64,000 nt of DNA from Alphaproteobacteria bacterium (GTDB taxonomy: Bacteria; Pseudomonadota; Alphaproteobacteria; Rickettsiales; UBA1997): positions 59,131 to 123,130 of the forward strand of contig JAGKWR010000002.1 in NCBI GenBank assembly GCA_021151765.1, written 5' to 3'. Shown here piece after piece: positions 38,626 through 45,967 of this stretch. Numbering within the stretch: position 1 is the first letter of the stretch; every line of letters starts with the position of its first letter. The translations under genes were made by a program, and so were the position numbers. Under the pieces are notes generated by a model, which ran no database searches, was not told where the DNA came from, and saw nothing but the letters and a program-made list of their open reading frames with translations.

Positions 38626-40575
38626 ATGAAAAAACCAAATATCAAAGCCTTCTCTCTGGTTGAAATCACGATCGTAATTTTAGTGATTGGTGTTATTATT
38701 GCTGGTGTGTTGGCGAGTAATGTTTTGATTAAGAAGTTTCGTATAGCTACGGCGCAGAATTTGACGCAGTCGTCACCGATTCAAGGTATTGCAGATTCGG
38801 TGTTGTGGTTGGAAACTAGTTTGGACAAGAGTTTTAAGGCTTCAGAGAGTGAGGATAAGTCGAAGTTGAGTGTGTGGTATGATGTTCGTGAGTCTATGTC
38901 TAAGAATAATGCTGTTCAAAGTGATGCTGCTTATGCTCCGAGTTATTCCAATAGTATTAATTATGTGCAAGCGGTGAAGTTTGATGGCACGAATGGTTAT
39001 TTTACGGTGGATGGCTCAGTTTTGAACAATACGAATTACACGATTTTTGTTCTAGAGAGGAGAGAGAGTAACAAGAGCGGTAATTATTTTATTGGTGATG
39101 CTTCATCTGAGAATCAATCAACTACGAATAAGAATTTAGTTTTAGGTTATAGTGCTGATGGGACGGTGATTCATTCGCAATCTAGTGATAATTCTTACAG
39201 TTCGAGTATTTCGACTTATGCGTCCTCAACTGGCAAGGCGCGAGTTTTTAGTTTTGTTCATGATAGTTCTGTGGGTAAGAAGACTTATATTAACGGACTT
39301 CTAGCTGCGACTTCGACTGATACTAATAATTTATCTGGGATGAACACTTTGACGATTGGTAAGTCTTATCAGGGTCAGATTGGCGAGATTGTGATGTTTG
39401 CTCGTGCTTTGACTGATGAAGAGAGAGAATCGGTTGAAGATTATTTGGGTAAGAAATGGAACAGCACAATTTTACGTTCTATTGGTGGATCTGCTTCATC
39501 TGGCGGTATTGGTGGAAGTTGTGTTGGCGGAACTGTCAGCGATTCGGGATGTTTGATTTCTTGTACAGTAACTGCTGCTAATGGGATCACAGCTACCACA
39601 GTTCAAGACGGATCTGGATCTTTAACTTGTAACGCTGCAGCAAATTTCACTGGTTCTTTGCCTTACTCCTGTGTCAACGGTGTCTTCCAATATACAGACA
39701 AAACAAGCTGCTCCTGCGCAACTGGTTATAATCTAACGGGCTCGACTTGTACACCAATTAACCCAAGTTGTTCAGGTGGCACCGAATCTACCACAACTAT
39801 TTCAGGAATTACTTACAAACTGCATACTTTTACATCTTCTGGAAATCTTGTTTGTACAGCTGGTGGCCGTAGTCAGGTATTAGTTGTAGCTGGTGGCGGC
39901 GGCGGTACATTTTTTGGTGGTGGTGGTGGCGGCGGCGGTGTCGTATTTAAGTCTAGCCATACTCTTACAGTCAAAACTTATAGTGTTACAGTTGGTAGTG
40001 GTGGTATTGCTAATACTTCAGCTACAACCACTCCAGTTAATGGTGGCAACTCAGTTTTTGATACTATTACCACTTATGGTGGTGGTGGCGGTGGAAATAA
40101 CTCTCTAGCAGCTGGAAAAGCTGGTGGCTCTGGTGGCGGAGCAAACAGGGGAGATGTTCCGAGCAGAGTTGGTGGTGCAGTTATTACAAATATCGCAGAC
40201 GGAGGAATTTCTTACGGAAACGTTGGCGGTGCCACAGCAAATATTACAGGTTGGGGTGGTGCTGGTGGAGGTGGAGGAGCTGGATCAGCAGGTGGTCAAG
40301 GAGGTTCTAACGGCACAGCAGCTGGAGAGGTTGGTGGTAGTGGTGGTAATGGCGTATCAATAAGTATAACAGGAACACCAACTTATTATGCCGGTGGCGG
40401 TGGTGGTGCTGTTCAGGGAAACTTAACCCCATCACCTGGTGGTTTAGGTGGAGGTGGAGCTGGAGGTCGAAATCCAGTCGCCGGAACAGATGGTTATGGT
40501 GGTGGTGGTGGTGGCTCAACTAACATACCTAAGAGAGGTGGTTCTGGTGTCGTAATTATTCGTTACGCTAAATAA
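38626..40575 (+). CDS. prepilin-type signal + LamG domain + Cys module + glycine-rich C-terminal domain protein
   Basis: 649 aa. MKKPNIKA|FSLVEITIVILVIGVIIAG. LamG_3-like region (LWLETS...SVWYDV...GQIGEIVMFARALTDEERESVEDYLGKKWN, about residues 55-280). Cys module at residues 299-382. Glycine-rich domain from ITYKLHTFTSSGNLVC...VLVVAGGGGG to GGSGVVIIRYAK. Confidence 0.75.
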   Translation: MKKPNIKAFSLVEITIVILVIGVIIAGVLASNVLIKKFRIATAQNLTQSSPIQGIADSVLWLETSLDKSFKASESEDKSKLSVWYDVRESMSKNNAVQSDAAYAPSYSNSINYVQAVKFDGTNGYFTVDGSVLNNTNYTIFVLERRESNKSGNYFIGDASSENQSTTNKNLVLGYSADGTVIHSQSSDNSYSSSISTYASSTGKARVFSFVHDSSVGKKTYINGLLAATSTDTNNLSGMNTLTIGKSYQGQIGEIVMFARALTDEERESVEDYLGKKWNSTILRSIGGSASSGGIGGSCVGGTVSDSGCLISCTVTAANGITATTVQDGSGSLTCNAAANFTGSLPYSCVNGVFQYTDKTSCSCATGYNLTGSTCTPINPSCSGGTESTTTISGITYKLHTFTSSGNLVCTAGGRSQVLVVAGGGGGTFFGGGGGGGGVVFKSSHTLTVKTYSVTVGSGGIANTSATTTPVNGGNSVFDTITTYGGGGGGNNSLAAGKAGGSGGGANRGDVPSRVGGAVITNIADGGISYGNVGGATANITGWGGAGGGGGAGSAGGQGGSNGTAAGEVGGSGGNGVSISITGTPTYYAGGGGGAVQGNLTPSPGGLGGGGAGGRNPVAGTDGYGGGGGGSTNIPKRGGSGVVIIRYAK

Positions 40576-40577
40576 AT

Positions 40578-41612
40578 TTAACGTCCCATTCCACCACCTT
40601 GGGAATTATTGCTGTGGTGAAATGGATTATTTACGTGAGATTGCAGCGATCCGGCATTGTCAATCATCTGCCCCATGACTTCACTAACTCCTCGTACGTT
40701 CTCTTTCGTAATCACACTAGCGCGATCAGCAACTATTGCTGTGATTGCCCAATTACCAGTTTTAGCAGCAGTTTGTAAAATTGTTTCTCCGCCTAAATTG
40801 GCGTTCACATTCGCTCCATCTAAAACTAAACTATTAACTGAAGTAATATCGCCACTTAAAATGGCATCGTGCAATTGTTCTTCTTTAGTTTGCGAATTTT
40901 GCGGTGATGTTTGGTTATCGTTTATCTTACCAAATAAATTCTGCGAACTGCTTTTAGCGCCATTTTCTCGCAATACTGAAGTTAAATCACGATCAATTTT
41001 CAAAATCGCAATATCCAAAGCTGACAAGCCTTCATTATTCAAAACATTGAGCTGCACACCTTCTGTAATTAGAAATTCCATCATCCATTTTTTAACTCCA
41101 ATTTTAACAGCAATATGAGCAGAATTATCACCATTTGGCGATCTAAAATTTACGTTTGCTCCGAGCATAATCAACCATTGCAAAAACTTTTTACCGCGAT
41201 TGCCCAACAAAGCTGCGCTTAAAGCGTTGAATTTACCTTTGCGATTAAATTTGTTGAGATCGGCTACATTAAACTCACAAACATCAAAAAAATTAGTAAT
41301 CTCTTCAATATCAAGGTTTGAAGCACAAGCTGTAACAAATAATTCTTGAGCAATTTCCCGCAAATTTTTTTCAAAATTCGCGCCTTCTTTTTGCAATTCT
41401 TTTTTAAGCTGCTTCAGCTGATGTTGTAGTTCTTCCAACCAAGCTTTTTGATCTAAGTTACTACCTAAATATTTGGCACCAGCTAATTTCTCTGCAAAAT
41501 TATTAACATAGTCGCGATCAAATTTATCGGCTTTGTTCTGCTTAGATTTTGGCTCATTTTTTTGCGAAGAATCTTTTACAAACCAAGAAAAAACTCTCAC
41601 AAAGAAAGCCAT
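40578..41612 (-). CDS. ankyrin-repeat protein
   Basis: 344 aa. ANK units (GDNSAHIAVKIGVKKWMMEFLITEGVQLNVLNNEGLSALDIA; LHDAILSGDITSVNSLVLDGANVNANLGGETILQTAAKTG). The N-terminal module is shared with 34701..36959. Confidence 0.8.
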   Translation of the reverse strand: MAFFVRVFSWFVKDSSQKNEPKSKQNKADKFDRDYVNNFAEKLAGAKYLGSNLDQKAWLEELQHQLKQLKKELQKEGANFEKNLREIAQELFVTACASNLDIEEITNFFDVCEFNVADLNKFNRKGKFNALSAALLGNRGKKFLQWLIMLGANVNFRSPNGDNSAHIAVKIGVKKWMMEFLITEGVQLNVLNNEGLSALDIAILKIDRDLTSVLRENGAKSSSQNLFGKINDNQTSPQNSQTKEEQLHDAILSGDITSVNSLVLDGANVNANLGGETILQTAAKTGNWAITAIVADRASVITKENVRGVSEVMGQMIDNAGSLQSHVNNPFHHSNNSQGGGMGR

Positions 41613-41620
41613 AATCAGTT

Positions 41621-43192
41621 TTATTTTATTTTTTCTTCAACCAATTTCACAAAACTTTCAATGCCAAAAAGTGCAATGAAAGATCCCATTCTTGGGCCTT
41701 GATCTTGTCCTAATAAAATTTGGTAAAGCGCTAAAAACCAATCACGCATATTCTTTTCATAACCGTGATTTTTACCAACTTGGAATACTAAATTCTGCAA
41801 CAACGCGCCGTCATTTTTTTGTTCTTCAGTTGCGTTTTGCAAAGTTGTAACAAGTTCGCGAAGTGCTGATTTTTCAGCGTCAGTAGCTTCACGATATTTT
41901 TTATTTTTCTTGATGAAATCGTTGTAATAGTTGATGGCGTTGCCGACCAATTTCGCTAAATAAGGCGAGTTTTCTTTGGTCAAACCAGCTTGGTATTTGG
42001 AAATAAAACCCCACAGAACCGAGTCATTTTCTGGGTTACAAGCCGATGCCAAATTCAACAACAGCGAATAGCTCAAGTTAAAATTAATCGCCGGAACTTT
42101 TCCTTCATGAATGTGGAAAGCAGGATTATCAAACTTTGCCGCCTCTTCCTGAGTTGGATAAGATGCCGCAAAAGTTAAATATTCGTCAGCCGCTTTTGGA
42201 ATTACATCGAAATATAAACGTTTGGCAGTTTTTGGTTTTTGATACATAAAAAGTGCCATCGATTCAGCTGGCGCGTAGGAAAGCCACTCTTCAACTGAAA
42301 TGCCGTTACCTTTCGATTTCGAAATTTTTTCGCCAGAATCTGACAAGAACATTTCGTAAGTGAAATTTACTGGTGGAATGCCGCCCAAGATGCGGCAAAC
42401 TTCGCGGTAAATTCTTTCATTTGGTTGGTGATCTTTGCCGTAAATTTCGTAATCAACACCCAAAGAATACCAGCGCGCGCCGAAATCAATTTTCCACTGC
42501 AATTTGCAATTTCCGCCGGTAACTGGAATTTCTTTTTCAACTCCGTTTGTATCAACGTAAATAACCGTTCCTTTGGCTTTATTTACACCTTTCACGCCTT
42601 TGTCGATAACAATTCCAGATTCTGGATCAATCGGCATAAATGGCGAATAAGTAGCTTGGCGTTCTTCACCCAAAGTTGGCAACATCAAGTTCATCAAATC
42701 TTCGTATTTTTCCAAAACGCGCAGCATTGTTGAGTCAAAGGCACCAGATTTATATTTGTCTGTCGCTGAAATAAATTCATATTGAAAACCAAAACCATCC
42801 AAAAAGCCACGCAAACGCGCATTCATGTGATGTCCGTAAGATTCATGAGTGCCGAAAGGATCAGAAACTGAAGTCAGCGGTTTGCCTAAATTAGCACGTA
42901 CCATTTCTTGTTGCGGCACGTTGTCTGGAACTTTGCGAAGCCCGTCAATGTCGTCAGAAACGCAAAACATTTTAGTCGGAATTTCCGGCGCAATTAAAGT
43001 GAAAGCGTGACGCACAAAAGAAGTACGTACAACTTCACCGAAAGTTCCGATATGCGGCAAACCTGACGGCCCGTAACCAGTTTCAAAAAGAACGTAACCT
43101 TTAGCCGGAGTTTTACCGCCAATTTTATCGTAAATTCTTTTAGCTTCTTCAAAGACCCAATTTTTGGGCAAATTATTTATATCGAGTTTCAT
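41621..43192 (-). CDS. lysS: lysine--tRNA ligase, class I
   Basis: 523 aa. Class I architecture with PSGLPHIGTFGE (HIGH-like) and KISKSKGNG (KMSKS-like). There are no class II motifs. Confidence 0.9.
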   Translation of the reverse strand: MKLDINNLPKNWVFEEAKRIYDKIGGKTPAKGYVLFETGYGPSGLPHIGTFGEVVRTSFVRHAFTLIAPEIPTKMFCVSDDIDGLRKVPDNVPQQEMVRANLGKPLTSVSDPFGTHESYGHHMNARLRGFLDGFGFQYEFISATDKYKSGAFDSTMLRVLEKYEDLMNLMLPTLGEERQATYSPFMPIDPESGIVIDKGVKGVNKAKGTVIYVDTNGVEKEIPVTGGNCKLQWKIDFGARWYSLGVDYEIYGKDHQPNERIYREVCRILGGIPPVNFTYEMFLSDSGEKISKSKGNGISVEEWLSYAPAESMALFMYQKPKTAKRLYFDVIPKAADEYLTFAASYPTQEEAAKFDNPAFHIHEGKVPAINFNLSYSLLLNLASACNPENDSVLWGFISKYQAGLTKENSPYLAKLVGNAINYYNDFIKKNKKYREATDAEKSALRELVTTLQNATEEQKNDGALLQNLVFQVGKNHGYEKNMRDWFLALYQILLGQDQGPRMGSFIALFGIESFVKLVEEKIK

Positions 43193-43197
43193 AAATT

Positions 43198-43419
43198 TTA
43201 TTTTGTTACAGCATTATCGTTATTTTTAACAGACTGATTTTGAGAAATTTGAACTGAAGTAGAGGGTGGTATTATTCCAGCTGGTTGTTCTGGATTCCAA
43301 TATTCTTCAATATCAGAAATAGCATTTGATCTTGTGCTACGTCTTTGCTCTTGATCAGTCAATTCTTTTTCTTCAAAAGAAGGAGTATGATTATCTTTAT
43401 TATCAGATTGGTTATTCAT
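43198..43419 (-). CDS. hypothetical small low-complexity protein
   Basis: 73-aa N/Q/S-rich ORF filling the lysS-mtaB gap on the same strand. No family recognised and it may not be expressed. Confidence 0.3.
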   Translation of the reverse strand: MNNQSDNKDNHTPSFEEKELTDQEQRRSTRSNAISDIEEYWNPEQPAGIIPPSTSVQISQNQSVKNNDNAVTK

Positions 43420-43443
43420 TGAAATTATCTCTTAAAAGTTTGT

Positions 43444-44856
43444 TTACTTAATTTCAGAAATGATTTCACCGCATAAGTGATTTCGCTCAAATCCGGTAAT
43501 TTTCACTAATTCTATTTCGCCATTTTTGTATTCTAAAATATCAGAAGTAATTTTTACATCCAAAAAATTCTCGGTTTTGCCTTTTCCATCTTTTTCAACA
43601 ATCACGTTGAAACTTTTACCAACCTGCTTTGACAAAAATTTTTGCAACTCAGCTGCGCCAGTTTCGCGCAAAATTTTAGCCCGTTCTTTGGTAATTAAGC
43701 CGTTCACTTGCGGCATTTTCGCGGCCGGAGTTCCTTCACGTTTCGAATAAGGAAAAATATGGGTAAAAATTATTCCAGCTTCTTCAATTAATTTGCGTGA
43801 ATTTTCGAACATTTCATCAGTTTCAGTTGGAAAACCAGCAATAATGTCAGCACCGAAAGTCATATCTGGTCTAATTTCACGAGCTTTGCTGCAAAAATCT
43901 AGGACTTGCTGACGCGTGTGACGACGCTTCATTCTTTTTAAAATTATGTCGTCTCCCGATTGCACACTTAAGTGCAAATACGGCATAAAACGTGGTTCGG
44001 TGCGCAAAATATCGAAAAATTCTTCGTCAATTTCGGCAACATCAATTGAAGATAAACGCAATCTTGGCAGCTCTGGAACCAGCTTCAGCAAACGTTTTAT
44101 CATTTGCGACAAAGTAATTTTCACCGGTAAATCTTCGCCGTAACCAGAAATATCAACTCCTGTAAAAACCACTTCTTTATGACCCGCCGCAACCATTTTT
44201 TTGACTTGCGCAACAATTTCACCAAAAGCCACTGAACGAGAATTACCACGACCAAAAGGAATCACACAAAATGTACAACGATGATTGCAGCCATTTTGAA
44301 TTTCTAAAAAAGCACGTGTTTGATTTTCAAAGTAAGAAACCAGTTGTGGCGCGGTTTCACGCACTGACATGATGTCATTCACTTTGATTTTTTCACTTTC
44401 AAAGTCAGTTAGAGAAATTTGCGATTTCTTTTTTTCTTCAACAAAAATGCGATCTTGGTGAGAGTTTAAAGAATTTATGGATGAAGAGTTCGGAGTTAAA
44501 AGTGAGGAGTGTGATTCGTCACTGCTATTTTTGTAACTTTCAGGATTAGATTTTTCGGAGTTCCCTAAGACTAAATCTACTTCCGCCATTTTAGCATATT
44601 TTTGCGGATCGATTTGGGCGGCGCATCCTGTCACAACTATTTTAGCTTCTGGATTATTTTTGCGAGCTTTGCGCAAGGCGGCGCGCAGGTCTTTTTCCGC
44701 TTCAGAAGTTACGGCGCAAGAGTTGAAAACGATCAGGTTTTTTTGTTCAGTTTGAGCAATCGCTTTTTTGATTCCTTCCGATTCGAACGCATTTAGGCGA
44801 CAACCAAAAGTAACAACCTGATTGGTGTTTGAGTTATGATTTTCTTCTGCGGTCAT
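43444..44856 (-). CDS. mtaB: MiaB-like tRNA threonylcarbamoyladenosine methylthiotransferase MtaB
   Basis: 470 aa. TFGCRLNAFESE (UPF0004 domain), radical-SAM CNHRCTFCVIP and a C-terminal TRAM-like region. Confidence 0.8.
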   Translation of the reverse strand: MTAEENHNSNTNQVVTFGCRLNAFESEGIKKAIAQTEQKNLIVFNSCAVTSEAEKDLRAALRKARKNNPEAKIVVTGCAAQIDPQKYAKMAEVDLVLGNSEKSNPESYKNSSDESHSSLLTPNSSSINSLNSHQDRIFVEEKKKSQISLTDFESEKIKVNDIMSVRETAPQLVSYFENQTRAFLEIQNGCNHRCTFCVIPFGRGNSRSVAFGEIVAQVKKMVAAGHKEVVFTGVDISGYGEDLPVKITLSQMIKRLLKLVPELPRLRLSSIDVAEIDEEFFDILRTEPRFMPYLHLSVQSGDDIILKRMKRRHTRQQVLDFCSKAREIRPDMTFGADIIAGFPTETDEMFENSRKLIEEAGIIFTHIFPYSKREGTPAAKMPQVNGLITKERAKILRETGAAELQKFLSKQVGKSFNVIVEKDGKGKTENFLDVKITSDILEYKNGEIELVKITGFERNHLCGEIISEIK

Positions 44857-45451
44857 TGATCATGATTACGTGGCTAACAACTTTTTCCACGCCTCTAACG
44901 TTAGTAATTATATCGGTAACTCTTTTTAATTCAGCTTGATCTTGGGCAACGCCAATCAAGTAAACTGTGCCGTTAACTGTGGTAACTTTGTAATTGAAAG
45001 TAGCGATATTTTTAGCAAAGACCAATTTAGTTTCGATTTTTGACGTGATGAAATAGTCATAAGTTGCGGAAGTATAATCACGAAAATGCACTGAATCACC
45101 ATCACGAATTTGAATCTCATCAATAACTTCTTTTACACCAAAGGCTTTCCAAGCAAGCTCGGAAGCAAGTTTGGCTTTTTGGACATCACGCGCAATTCCC
45201 GTTAAAAGAACGCGACCTTCGTTAACCGTAACATCGATTGAATTGCCAAAGTTTTTCAAACCGTTTTGCAAAAAATCAGCGTGTAAAGTTGTGTAGATTT
45301 GAACGTCGTAACGCGTGTTGTTTAAACTTTTTTCACGAGTTGCAACTACTGCAGTTGTTACAGAACCAACAACGACTGTTTCAACACAAGAAGTGAGGAT
45401 AGTTAATGCCAAAATTGCTGATAAAATTTGACGATTCCCAAAAAAACTCAT
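44834..45451 (-). CDS. BON-domain (OsmY-like) lipoprotein
   Basis: Two BON-like units (VTVNEGRVLLTGIARD; KVTTVNGTVYLIGVAQD). Start placed at MSFFGNRQILSAILALTILTSC (Met31, lipobox LTSC) rather than the track start 45541. Confidence 0.7.
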   Translation of the reverse strand: MSFFGNRQILSAILALTILTSCVETVVVGSVTTAVVATREKSLNNTRYDVQIYTTLHADFLQNGLKNFGNSIDVTVNEGRVLLTGIARDVQKAKLASELAWKAFGVKEVIDEIQIRDGDSVHFRDYTSATYDYFITSKIETKLVFAKNIATFNYKVTTVNGTVYLIGVAQDQAELKRVTDIITNVRGVEKVVSHVIMINDRRRKS

Positions 45452-45629
45452 ATTTTTAGTATGTTTTGAATGCTTGATAATAAAGGCGGGAAGACATATG
45501 GAAATATTTTTTACGTTAGTTTTTCGATTTGAACATTGCAAATTATTTTTCGATTCATAATTTGCGCGACCTCACTTTCGAAATCACTTCAAAAATTTTT
45601 CAAAAATTCGCAAAATTTATTTTTTATTT

Positions 45630-45704
45630 GCGGGCGTAGCTCAGTGGTAGAGTGTCACCTTGCCAAGGTGAATGTCGAGGGTTCGAATCCCTTCGCCCGC
45701 TCCA
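45630..45704 (+). tRNA. tRNA-Gly (anticodon GCC), CCA encoded
   Basis: GCGGGCG acceptor stem pairing with CGCCCGC. D arm TAGCTCAGTGGTAGAG. Anticodon stem-loop TCACC-TTGCCAA-GGTGA. T arm GGGTTCGAATCCC. 3' TCCA. Confidence 0.95.
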
Positions 45705-45709
45705 AAAAA

Positions 45710-45740
45710 CCAGACCTAATCGAAGGTCTGGTTTTTTTTT
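45710..45740 (+). terminator. rho-independent terminator after tRNA-Gly
   Basis: CCAGACCT-AATCGA-AGGTCTGG followed by nine T. Confidence 0.85.
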
Positions 45741-45967
45741 GCACTAAATGTTTCCAGTTTTAAAAGAACCACAAATTAAAAATCTTCCCTACAAAACTGT
45801 TTTATTGAAATATTTCTCACCAAATAATCGTAAGTAGAATATTCTGACTGTTTAGAAAATACTCTGTATTCCAAAAAAATGGTCTGCACAAAAAATCGTA
45901 GCCTAAATGAAAACAACATTTTAGTTTCAGAGCTGGTTCAAAATTCTTCGCTAAAGACCTGTCATTA

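Noticed and set aside
39893-40519. Track ORFs 39893..40108 (+), 40124..40363 (+) and 40307..40519 (-)
   Set aside because: These are alternative-frame or antisense readings of the GGN-rich glycine domain. They give V/L/Q- or H-rich low-complexity products and are an artefact of repetitive codons.
40657-41118. 153-aa ORF on the + strand
   Set aside because: It is antisense to the ankyrin gene 40578..41612, which has clear ANK repeats. The same reasoning applies to other long antisense ORFs inside confident genes (3535..3870, 8816..9151, 17760..18116, 33767..34123, 34955..35299, 49528..49890, 62949..63299).
45536-45763. Track ORF 45536..45763 (+), 75 aa
   Set aside because: It reads straight through tRNA-Gly(GCC) and its terminator, so it is spurious.
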